From Cyanophora paradoxa CCMP329 (lineage: Eukaryota; Plantae; Glaucophyta): a DNA stretch of 64,000 bases. The number at the start of each line of letters is the position of its first letter. Positions within the stretch are counted from its first letter, which is position 1. Below, one piece after another: positions 24,373-35,683 of the stretch. Where the stretch lies: NCBI GenBank assembly GCA_004431415.1, contig QPMI01000435.1, positions 186,001-250,000 on the forward strand, in the 5' to 3' direction. A program made the translations under genes and the position numbers. The notes below the pieces were generated by a model. That model ran no database searches, was not told the DNA's origin, and saw only the letters and a program-made list of their open reading frames with translations.

Positions 24373-27300
24373 TCACTCCTCTGGCACGGGGCGCGGTGCA
24401 CGAGGGCCCGCCTCAGCACGGCCGCCAGCGCCCGGGTTAGAATTCGCAATTTGCGAGCCGGCCGGCGGCTCGAGCTCGTCGGGCTCGGGCCCCCCGGGCG
24501 AGGGCTCCGGGCCGGGCCCGGGCCCGTCCGATCGCGAGGGCGTGCCGGCCCGCGACGACCCGCACGCCGACGCTACATCGGGGGCGTGGCCGGCGGGAGA
24601 GGCGGCGGCGGGGGCGTGGCCGGCGGCGGCGAGGAGGCGGGAGAGGGCGCCGGACTCCTGCCGCCGCGCCCCCACGAGGTACGCCTGCGCCCGCGCCCCC
24701 TGAGCCCCGCTACGACCGCGCGCGGGCGGCTGGGGGCGGGGGGGCGCCTGGACGGTGCCCTTGCCCTTGGCCTCGACCTGCCGCGGCTCCACCTCGTACT
24801 TGAACCGCACCCGCTCTGCCCCGCCGCCGCCCCCGCCGCCGCCCCGTCAGAGCTCCCCGGCTCGCCGGCTGAGGGGGGCGGGGGCGGGCCGTAGGTGGCG
24901 GAGGAGATCTGCACGCGGCCCGGCACCCCCGTGCTCTCCATCCTGCGGAACCCTCGCATCAGACCCTCGCCGCCCCGCCAGCCGGCCGGCCGGCCCGGGC
25001 GCCGCGTCGGCACCGGGAGGCGAGGTTGACGGAGTCGCCGTAGACGTCCCACGCGATCTTCTTTGTTGCAATCACCCCTGCCGCGCCCCGCGCCCGCGTC
25101 GCCCGAGGCGGCGGCGGCGGAGCAGCCCTCGCGCTCGAGCTCGCGGGCGCGCACCGGCCACGACCGAGCTGCGCGCGGGGAATGCGGGGCTGGAGCGAGG
25201 CGGCGGCCGACCACGCGCGGGGCGGGGCGCGCACCCCGTGTTGAGGCCCGCCCTGTTATGGCGCGCCGGACGTTCACGCGAGGCCGCCCGCCGCCTCAGC
25301 GCGGGGCGGGCGGGCGTGCGGGGGCGGGCGGGCGGACCGGAGCTTGAGCTCGATGCCGGCCTCCTCCGAGACGTCCTGCGGGGCCGGGCCGGGTCTCGGC
25401 GGGGGCGCGCATGTTCTCCGCGGGGCGGCGAAGGCGCGGGGGCGCACGCGCATAGCGGCGAAGACGGCGAGGCAGAACTCCACCATGTGCTCCGGCGGCT
25501 CCTGCGTGATGTAGAACGCCTGCGCGTGCCGCCCCGCCCCGCCGCGAGGCCGCGAGCTCGGGCTCGGGCGCGCAGCGGGGCGGGGCGCCGGGCGCGCACC
25601 GTGTCCCCGATGAGCTTCACCTGAGGGGCGGCCGGGGGAGAGGTGCTTGTGAGCGCGAGGCAGCGGCGGGCGGGGCGCAGGGGCGAGGCGAAGGGCGCCG
25701 CGCGCGCCTTTTCGACGTTGAAGCGCTCGTTGACGGCGTCGAAGGCGCGGAAGACCGCCTGCCCGCCCGCCGCCCCGCCTCGGCCCGGCTAGGGCCCAGG
25801 GCGGGGCGGGGCGGGCGGGGCGGGGGGGCGGGCGGGCCTGGAGGAGGGCGACGGTCTGGGCGGGGACATGCCCGCCGACATCGCCGTGAAGCCCTGCCCG
25901 CCCGCCCCGCCCGCCCCGCCTCAGCCGGGCCGGGGCGAGGGCGCGGGGCGGGGCGCGGGGGCGCGCGGGGATGTCGACGAAGGCGAGCGTCGCGTCGTCC
26001 AGCAGCTGAGGGCGGCCGCCCGTGGGCGACCGCGGGCGGGCGGGGCGGGACGGGGCGGGCGGGGCGGCGGACGTCGGCGATGAGCTGCTCGCCGGCGCGG
26101 AGGCGGCGGGCGACGTCGGCCGGCACCATCGCCCGCAGCAGCCCGTCCGCTCGCTCCTGCCCCGGGGCTCGGGGCGGGTCGGGACGGGCGGGGCGGGCGG
26201 GGCGGGGGCGGACGACGGCGGCGCGGAGGGCGCGCTGCTCGGCGACGAGGGCAGAGACGTCGCGCGCCACCACCACGAAGAACGGCTCCTCCCCTGCCGC
26301 GCCCCTCGCCTGGCGGGCGAGGGGAGGAGAGGGCAGCCGGGGGCGCGCACGGTCGCGGTCGGGGCTCTCGGTGAGGCCCCGCCCGAGGGAGACCTGCGCG
26401 GGGAAGCGGGCCCCGCCCCGCCGCACCCCCTCCAGCGAGTCCTCCTGCGCCCCCGGCCCCTCCCGCCTCGGAGGCGGCGGCAAGGGAGGGTCGGGCCGGC
26501 GCGCGCGCGCCTCGGGGTTGCCCCCGATCGCCCCGCTGCGGACGCTGGGGCCCTCCTGAAGCGACCGCGTGCTGCCCGCCCCCCCCTCAGCTTCGGAGCG
26601 CGGCGCTGGGGCGGGGGCGGGGGCGGGGGGCGGGCGGGCCTGGGGCGGCGGTCGCGGAGGGCGAGGGAGGGGAAGAAGTCGCGGATGCGCGCCCCCACGA
26701 GCTCCTCGGGGGCCCCGCACCCCAGCACCCCCGCCGCCGCCCCGTTCGCCTTCTGCCCCGCCCCAGCGCCCGCGCTCGAAAGAGAGGCGGGGGGAGCAGG
26801 GCGGGGCCGGGGGACCTGGATGACCCCCTCGGCGTCCACGATGAAGGTCGGGTCTGCCGGCCACAGTCGGGCGCCGCAAAAGGGAGAGGGGCGGGGCGGG
26901 GACCGAGGGAGGCGCGGAGGAGGGCCTCGTTGCGCTCGCGGGTGGAGGCGAGGGCCGCGAGGGGGTCCGACGCCGCGAGCGAGTCGGCCCGCACCAGCCT
27001 CCGCAGCGCCGGCAGCTCCCCCAGCACCTGCGCGGCGGTTCGCCCGAGCGGGGGGGTGGCCGAGCCGGCGGCAAGGGAGGAGGGCGGTGGGAGGCTCCGG
27101 CGGCGAGGCCAGGGGCCGGCGGAGTGGTGGCTTCTCGGGGGCAGGCAGGAAGGCGCTACGACTAGCGGGAAGGGGCTCGCTGCAGGCGGGGGAGTGCGGG
27201 GGCGGGGGCGGGGGCGGGACCTCGGCGGGGACGTAGAGGAGCATGCTGGCGTCCCCCAGGAATTCCCGCATCACCCGCTGCCCCCGCCCCGAGGCGCTCG

Positions 27301-30300
27301 ACGCGAGCCGCCGCCGGCGCGGGGCGCGCGGGGGGCTCGGGCGGCACGTGGATGGAGGGGGCGAGGGAGGCGGCGTAGAGGCAGACGAGGAGCGGGACGG
27401 CGACGGCGAAGCAGAGCGAGAGCGACGCGATCGCGTGCTCCATCTCCTCCCGCGACCGCGCTGCCACTGCCCGCCCCCGCCCGCCCCCCGAGGCTCGCGA
27501 CCCTCCGGCGCGCGCCGGCCCCCCCGGGCGGGCGGCGCACGGCGGACGGCGTAGCCGCGGACGGCGGTGCTCGCGCCGACCTGCAGGAGAGGCGCTCAGG
27601 AAACGAAGGGAGAGATCGCTACTCCATATATGCGCATCGAAGAGGGGCGGCCCCTTCGACGCGTCGGGCGCGCACGGCGTCGTAGTAGAGGTAGCGGTCG
27701 AAGAGGGGCCGCGGCTCGACGACCACGCGCCCGGAGTCCAGCAGCGCCGCCGTCATCTGCCGCCCGCCGCCCGCCCCGCCCGTGAGCCGCCCGCCGCGAC
27801 GCGAGCGGGGGCCGGCGGGCCGAGGGCTGGCTGGCCACCATGTTGCCCGTGTGCACGTCGAGCCCGTTCACCGCCGTGTCTGGAGCGCGGGGCGCGGGGG
27901 CCGCCTCAGGCCTCCGAGCGGCGAGGCGGGGCAGGGGCGGCCGCCGCCCGCACCGATAATGCCCGGGAGGGTGAGGACGGGGCCCCCGAAGCGCAGCGCG
28001 TTGGCGGCCTGCGCGGCGGGTGGGCAGAGCCGAAGAGCCCCGGGGAGGTGCGAGGCCGCTCGCACGGGAACAAGGTAGGAGTTTGTGATCCGCTTCATGG
28101 TCTCCTGGACCTCCCGGAAGCCGCCGCGCCAGACGGGGGCCCCCACGGGCGAGTCGGCGACGGCGAGCTCCACGGTCAGCGCCGCCAGCGCCGCGTTCCC
28201 GTACCACGTCACCATCGTCTGCCGCGCCGCCTCAGGTCGCGCAGGGCCCGGCGGGATCGGGATGGCGGAGGGGCCTTGGGGGCGGGAGGGGGGCGGGGCG
28301 CACGGCGGTGGCGAGGAGGGCGCGCTTGCGGGCCTCGGGGACGGCCTCGAGGACGATGGCGAAGGAGGCGGCGACGAGGCCGAGCGCCGAGAGGACCACC
28401 GCGCAGAAGCGCAGGAACAGGCCCGTCAGCGCCCCTGCGCGCGCGCCGCCGCCGCCGCCGCTGGGACGCGCGGCGCGGCGGCGCCGGCGACGGCGAGGCG
28501 CGGGCGCACCGACCCACGTCTCCTCGACCTCCACCTGCCGGGAGCGGTCAGCGCTATGGATGGCTCGAGCGTCGCGGAGATCGAGGGGCGGGGGCGCCTG
28601 GAGGCGGGCGTAGTCGACCATCGCCTCCTCCGCGTCGTCCTCCTGCGGGCGCACGGCGGCCGGCGCTGAGAGGGCGGGGGCGGGGGCAGGGCGGGGCGGG
28701 GCGGGCGGGCGCCTCCATCTCCTCGGTGGCGGCCTCGGAGCCGACTTCGACCTCGCCCTCGGAGGAGCGCTCGTCCAGCTCCTCGTCCGACGAGGGCGGG
28801 GGCGCCCCGCCCCCGCCCGCCGCCCGCCCCCGCTGCTCGGCCAGCGTTTCCTTGCGCCTGAGGAAGAGGGGCGCCAGGATGCCCGCCCGGATCTCCCGCG
28901 CCGTGCTCCGCGGGATCTGCGGCGCCGCGGCCTCGGGGCGCGCCGCGGGCGGGGCGGGGCGGGGCGGGGCGCGCCTGCACGAAGACCTCGAGGAGGCGGT
29001 CGCGCACGCGCCGGACGTACCAGAGCACCGGCAGCATCACCCCGAGGCTGCCGGCCCGGCCGGCTCGAGCGAGGCCGCGGCCGGGCGGGGCGGGGCGGGG
29101 CGGGCGCGCATGAGGAAGAGGGCGAGGCCGACGGCGGTGCAGAAGAGGGCGATCGAGGTGCGCCGCACGGCGCCCAGTTCCTCGATCTGCGGGCCGCGCC
29201 GGCCCGCGCGCTCGGCGGCTGCTCGGCGGCGCCGGCCGGGGCGCAGGGCGGACCGTGCGGACGAAGAAGCCGGCGGCGAGGGTCGTGTAGGCCACGGGGA
29301 TCGTCAGCGGCCTGCGCGCCGCGAGTCGGCGTCCCGTCCCCGGCGGGGGGGGCGGCGGTGCCGGCGGCGGGCGGCGGGCGGACACGTTGGCGAGGAGGTA
29401 GAAGAGGTCCGGGGTGACGATGCCCTCGGCGACGAGGGCGGTGGTGTTGAAGGGCGCGCCCGGCGGCGTCGTCAGGATCGAGTCGGCGGAGCGGATGGCC
29501 GTCAGCAGCGCCTCCAGCAGCGTCAGCGTGCGGTTCGTCTCGCCCAGCTCGCGGGCCCCGAGGGCGGGGCCGCTGGGTCCCGGCGGGGGCGGTCCCGGCG
29601 GGGCGGGCCGGCGGGCGGCGGGCCGGCCTGAGGCGGGGGGGCTGGGGCGGGGGCCGGCCGGGGCAGCAGCTCCCGCACCGTCACGCTGGTCGACCAGAGC
29701 TGCCCGCCCGCCTCGGTGAGGGCGCCGCAACGAGCCCGGCCTTGCGACCGCGAGGCCGGCGAGCTCGCGCGCGCGGCGCCCGGAACGGAGGCGCGCACCT
29801 CTGCGGCGGGGACGGTCTTGTCGAAGGCGCCGTGCGGCGCGTCGAAGAAGAGCTCCTGCGGCGCGCGGGGCAGCCGGTAAGCGCGGTGGCGGGCGGCTCC
29901 CGAGGCGCCTCGGGCCGGGCGGGCGGGCGCCTGGAGGCCGCGGCGGAGTTCCTCGGTGCAGGCTCGCAGCTGCTCGGCGGCGGCGGCGGCGGCGGCGGGG
30001 CCGCGGAAGGCCGGGGGCACGAGGGGCGGGGGCGAGGGCATCGTCGCCAGCTGGAACGCCCGCGCTTTCTGCGGCCGACCTCGGGCTCGCGTCCGCCGCC
30101 GGGCGCGAGGCGGGCGCGAGGCGGGCGCGAGGCGGGCCGGCGCGCCTCGCCCATGCAGACAACGAAGGGGCGGACGGTCGTGTCGACGATCAGCGCTTTC
30201 AGCGCCTTGCTGCGCGCCGCGGGCCTCTTTAGCCGCGGAGCCGGCGGGCGAAGCCGACCCCAGCGCGGGCGCCTGTGGTCGTGGAAGTCGGCGCGGGCGA

Positions 30301-33300
30301 CGAGGTAGTTCGCGAAGAGCACGCCCAGCATCGCCAGCACCTGCGCGCGAGGGGGCGCCTCAGAGGGCGAAGCGGGGCGGGGCGGTGGGGCCGGGCGCGC
30401 CGAGAGGAGCGCTGCGGCGTGGAGGACGGCGAAGGCGCGGTGGTAGCGCGCCCGCACGTCCGCGGCGACCAGCAGCCGCTGCACGCCCGACTCGCGCGCC
30501 CACTGCCGCCGCAGCGCCTCGAACGAGGCCTCCCCGCTCGCCGTCCCGTCCTCCTCGCTCGGCTCGGGCGCGCTCAGCAGCGCCGCCGCCGTCCCCTCCT
30601 GCGGCGACGGGCTCGGGCTCGGGTGCGCCTCGAGGTGGCGGCAGGAGGGGGGCCGGCGGGCGGGCCTCGAGTTCGGAGTCGAGGCGGAGCTCGCGCGGGC
30701 CGCCGCCCGTCGCCTGCGCGCTCGAGCTCGAGCTCGAGGGCGCACCAAGCACCTCCGCCGCCGCCGCCTGCTCCCCGCCCCGGCGTCAGCCTCGCGGCTC
30801 GCGGCTCGGGGCGCGGTCGGGCCGGGGCGGCGGGCACGGGGCGCTGGCGGTCGGCGCGGCGCTGCTCGAGGAGCCGGTCCGCCCGCCCCGCCGTCCACAG
30901 CGCCCCCTCGATGTCTGGCCCCGCCCCGCCCCGGCTCGCCCCCGCCCGGCGCCGCCTCGCGCGGCGACGCGCCCGGCGGCGCGCACCGAACATTTGCGTG
31001 GCCTGGAAGGCGGCGAAGTGGCGGAGCACGCGGACCGAGTGCGGGTGCGCCTGCAGCAGGTGCCCGTACAGCCTGCCCGCCCCGCCAGTCACAGCTCCGA
31101 GGGCGGGGGGAAGGCGGGGCGGGGCGCGCCGGCGGGCGCGCTGCTTGGACTCTTCGGCCGCCGAGGCGCGCGCCGAGAGCTCCGCGCTCGACCCGTCCCC
31201 GGAGCCTGCGCGCCCCGCCCGAAGCTCGGACTTGGGGGGGAAGCGGGGGGCGGGCCGGGGGCGGACCGGGGGCGCGGCCGGAGGCGAGGACGACGGTCCA
31301 GAAGGCGGCGGCGCGGAGCGAGGCGTCCCGCTCCTCCCGCCCGATCGCCTCCAGCACCCTGCGCCCGCCAGCGCGGTGCTCGACACGACGCAGGGCGGAC
31401 GGGGGCGGGGGCGCACTCGGTGACGTCGCGGCCCTCCTCGCCCCACTCCTCCCGCTCCACCGTCCGCTGGTGCTCCAGGAAGAAGGCCTGCCGGCGCGTG
31501 AGCTGCAGCTGGAGGCGGGGCGCGCCTAGGCCCGGCGGGGCCGCCGGCTCGCCTGGTAGGAGGTCGTGAAGCCGGCCGACATCTGCGGGGGCGGGGGCGG
31601 GGTTGAGCCCCCCCGCGCGGGCCCGACCGCCCCGCCGCGCGCGCACCCGGCGGGCCTTGCGCGCCATCGCCTGCCGCCGGCCGTCAGCTGCCTCGCGAAG
31701 AGCGAAGGCGGGCGGGCGGGCGGGGCGGGCGGGGCGGGCCATGGAGAGGGGGACGAGGGCGGGGACGTCGTAGAGGGCGGCGGCGAGGCGCACGGGGAGG
31801 AACGCCGAGCGCGGCCGCCGCTCGCACGCCGCCTGCGGAGAGCGCGCGCGTGAGCGCCACGGGTGCCTGCGCTCGTCGGGCCCTCGAGGGCGCGCCTGGG
31901 CGAACTCGAGGGCGGGGCCCATGGCCGGCGCCTCCTCGCTGTGCCGCGGGGGCACCCCCACGGCGGCGAGGCGGGCGGCGAGGGAGCGGCCGGCCCCGCC
32001 CGTCTCCTCGGCGAGGAGCGCGCGGGCGGCGACGTCGTGGCAGGCGTCCCCGCAGAAGAAGAGGAGGCGCTCGCGGTCGCCCCGCGCCGCCGCCACCGCC
32101 GCCGCCGCGCGGGCGCGCACGAGCAGCGCGGAGGCCGGCGCGCAGAGGAGGGCAACCCCCGCGAGGGCCGGCCAGAAGGCGGCGGGGGCCGCGCAGCCCG
32201 GGGCGGCGCAGAAGGCCAGGCCGAGCACGGCGCAGGGAAGGGGGAGCAGGGCGAGGTACGCCTCCCGCAGGATGCAGGGCGTCCGCAGCGGCGGAAGCCT
32301 GCGCAGGGCAGTTGTGAGACGGGGGCGAGGGCCGAGGGCGAGGCGAGGCACCAGTAGTAGAAGAGGACGAAGTAAAGGGCGGCGCCAGCGACGCCGAAGC
32401 CGCCGCGGAGGGCGCCGCGGTCACGCGAGAACTGCGCGCGAGCCGCGTGTGCGCGGGGAGGGCGGCAGGAGAGGCGCGCCGACGGGCCCGGCGCGGGCGC
32501 ACGAGGGCAAGGAGGAGGAGGAAAGTCTTGACGGCGGCGAGGACGGCGTCCGGGAGCGGGGTGGAGCGGGCGAGGGCGGCGTGCGCCGAGGGCCGCGGGT
32601 CGAAGAGCAGCGCGGGGGCGAAGGCGAGGCACGCGACCGCGATGATTGCAGCGGCGCCGAAGACGGCGATCACGAGCTGCTCCTGCGCGAGGCAGGCGAC
32701 GGAGGGGAACTCCTCGAGGCGGCCCCCGCGGCACGCGAGCGACGGCCCGAAGCTCCCGAGAAGCGCCGGCGCCTCCAGCACGAGCAGGAGGGCGAGCCAC
32801 CAGCGCACCGCCGTCGTCAGCGCCTCTGCGCGCGGCGCGCAAATGCGAATCGAATTAATTTCGGCGGAATCAAATTCGCTCGAGACGGGGACAAGGGAAC
32901 GAACTCGTCTCGGTCATGCGCTTGCAGAAGAAGAGAAAGAGGCAGGCGAGGAGGAGCGCGAGCAGGGCGATCGACACCCAGAAGAGCGCGAGGAAGCCGC
33001 CCCAGGAGCTGAAGCGCGGGCGGAGCTGGAGAAAGAAGAGGAAGATGTCCGACTGCCAGTCGTCGCAGAAGACGCAGCCGGGGAGCCAGAGGACGAGCGC
33101 GGAGAGCTGCAGGAGGCCGATCGTGCGCAGGACGACGAGGGCGCGCACCCAGTGGCGCGAGGGCCCCGGATTCGTCCCGGAGGCCGCGACCAGCAAGTTG
33201 TATCCCTTCGAGCGGCTCGTCAGCGATAGCCCGGCGGCGGCGCGCGGCGCTCTAGAAGGCGCGCAGCGCGTTCTTGCGCGCCTGGTAGATTGAGCGCCGT

Positions 33301-33398
33301 GCGCGCTCCACCAGGGCGTCGTCGTCCCAGCGCGCGACGAAGACTTCATCCGTCTCGTCTCCCTTCGAGAAGATCGTCCCGCCGTGCGTACGCGGCAT
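24373..33398 (-). CDS. Multi-pass membrane class III adenylyl cyclase with TmcB/TmcC-like N-terminal region and PAS domain
   Basis: Many TM helices; TmcB-like helical repeat YGHLLQAHPHSVRVLRHFAAF (~30860-31075); PAS (TFIVDAEGVIQKANGAAAGVLG..EELVG..RRGGARFPAQVS, ~26240-26855); S-helix ADGLLRAMVPADVARRL; cyclase motifs AFVDIPGFT, VEKVKLIGD, GLNTG, WDVYGDSVNLASRMESTG, KGKG. One apparent 1-nt homopolymer indel at ~25862. Confidence 0.9.
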
Positions 33399-33539
33399 CG
33401 CTGCCCGCTGAAATGACAAACCTTAAGTTAGCGGTACCCCTCGACAACGCTCTCTTCGAACTTGCGGCTGCTTTCGTAGAGCCAGACTGAAGCTATCGTG
33501 GGCGCTGGTTGGCACGGTGCACCGTTTGCGGGCGGAGCC
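33399..33539. promoter_or_regulatory. Putative bidirectional promoter (cyclase / coiled-coil gene)
   Basis: Divergent predicted ATGs 141 bp apart. Confidence 0.45.
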
Positions 33540-35061
33540 ATGGCGCAGGTGCGGCGCGACACCGTTCGGGGCCCCCGCGCGTGCGCAAGCTCCCGGCGAC
33601 CGTGAGCCGCAGGTGGAGGAGTGGGGCGTCGAGAAGCTGCAGCAGGACGTGCGCCCAGCGCGCCCCGCGGTCCCTTTCCCTTTGTCAAACGGCCGCCGCG
33701 CAACAGCTCGCTGGCATAGAGCGGAAACTGAACTACCTCCACATATCTAGCGCGGGTGCGTCTCTCTGCGTCGCGGCCTCCTTGCTCCGCCCTCCGCGCG
33801 CCGACGTGCGGAGCAGAGCGCGGGCGCCTGGCCATCAAGCGGGCGAAGAAACACGAGGATGACATGGCCTTCAACAAGGAAGTGCGCACGCGGGCCACGC
33901 AGCGCATCAAGATTCTCGAGCAGGTGCGCGGCGCCGCGGCGCCCCGGCTTCTTGGCGCCCCGCCGCTGCCGCTGAGGCACCCCGCTTAACCCGCGTGCTC
34001 GCCTGACCCGCTTCCCCGCAGGAGTACCGCCGCGAGCTGTATCAGAAGTTCAAGCCCCTGCTCGAGGTGCGCGCCGCCCGTGCCGGCCCCGCGGGCCGCA
34101 ACGCCCCGGCGCCGACTTGTGCGCGCTTCGCCCCCGGCCCCGCAGGAGGAGGTAGAGAAGATCCGCGCGACGAAGGTACGCGCCCCTCCCCACGCGCCCC
34201 CGGACGGCGAGTCGCGTACCCCCGCCGACTCGTGGGGCACAGATCCTGTCGCTGGACCCGGACGGCGCGCAGGTCCCCCCGAGCCCGCAGTCCCCGCGGA
34301 GCCCGCGCGGGGGCCCCGAGTCCCCCCGCACCATGAACGTGCGCGCCCCCACCCCCTTCCGCATCCCCCTCACCCGCGTACCCTCCCAGCCCTCGGAGAA
34401 GATGGTGGAGCACCTGATCCGGATGAAGAAGGAGATCTTCGACCGCCGCATCGCCCTCGAGGTCGAGAAGCGCCGCATTGAGGACTGGGCCTTCGACAAG
34501 GTCCCCTCCCGTACCCCCCTCCCGCCCCCGCCCCCCCGCCCACAGGGCGCGCAGGTGTGCGCGGACGAGGCGCGGCGCTACAAGGCCGAGCTCAAGAAGC
34601 AGCGCGAGAAGAAGGCCGCCGAGGCACGTACCCCCCCCACCTTGAGGCCTCCGCCGCGCTCGCGGCCGTTTTCTCGTACCGTCTGACTCGGGTACCCCGA
34701 CAGGCGGCGCGGTACGGCGGGATCTCGCCGAGGGGGACGGGTCCCGGTGCGCCGCGCCCCCTCTGCCCCCGCCAGCGCCCCGCCGCCGCTGCCCGTGAGC
34801 GCGCCGGCGCAGGCGCAGCGCAGCGCCTCAGCCGGCCGGGCGTCGCCCTTCCTGCCGTCGCGGCGCACGCCGGGAGCCCGCGCTCCGCCGCCGCCCACGC
34901 CGGAAGCCCGCGCGCCGCGGCCGCCGCCGCCGGCGCGGGTGCCGCGGGGCGTCCGCCGTCCCGCAGCTCGCCGCCCCCCGCACAAGCGCTCCTCCGTCAG
35001 CGGCGCCCCGGCGCCCGCCCCGCGCACCCGGCCCCGTCCCGCCGCCCGCCCCCGCCCCTAG
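33540..35061 (+). CDS. Hypothetical coiled-coil protein with Pro/Arg-rich tail
   Basis: About ten short exons splice in frame: MAQ/VEEWGVEKLQQD/LAGIERKLNYLHISSA/ERGRLAIKRAKKHEDDMAFNKEVRTRATQRIKILEQ/EYRRELYQKFKPLLE/../PSEKMVEHLIRMKKEIFDRRIALEVEKRRIEDWAFDK. The 3' end is uncertain. Confidence 0.7.
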
Positions 35062-35683
35062 CCCCATCTGCTCCGCTTCCATTTTTTCAAGTCCCGGTGT
35101 ACCCCGCCCCGCCCCCTTTCCCTCCCCCCCTCATCCCCCCTCCCCCACGTCCACCCGCCCATGTCGCCCCCGCGCTTCGTCAACGATCAGCTTGCGATTG
35201 CCGGTGCCGTGGCGATTTACTGCTCGAGCTCGGCCTTCTTGACCTGCACATGATGCATTGGTTGCATTTCACTTCAGCTTCATCGATACATCGATCCGCT
35301 CTCGGGATCGTCGCTGCCAAATTAAAACGTCTGATCATGAAACGCAGACTAAAGCTATGACAGCGGCAACTCGCACCAAGTATGTATACGAGCCATGCAT
35401 GTCGTTCGAGCCTCGGAGCTCCGGACCAGCGGATTCTAACGCAGCCCGCGGCCGTTGCAAAATTTGTCCTACTTTAGCTAGCAAAATTGTTCCTAGAGCT
35501 AATCACAATAAATAGGTGGCTGCCGCTATCTGATCCATCGATCCGCCTTCGGTATCTATCGAAGCAAGGCGCGCTGTCAACGTTCGAGCGCTTCGAGCTC
35601 GCGCCGCCGCCTCGTCTGTACATGCGCGGGGCCCGAGCCTCGGAGAAGCCTGCGGCCGAGGCGAGGGGAAGGAGCAACGAGGG

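Noticed and set aside
25860-25868. Frameshift in the cyclase catalytic domain (GMS/PAQTV)
   Set aside because: One base is missing in a G/C homopolymer and all catalytic residues are intact. A long-read consensus error is more likely than pseudogenisation or programmed frameshifting.
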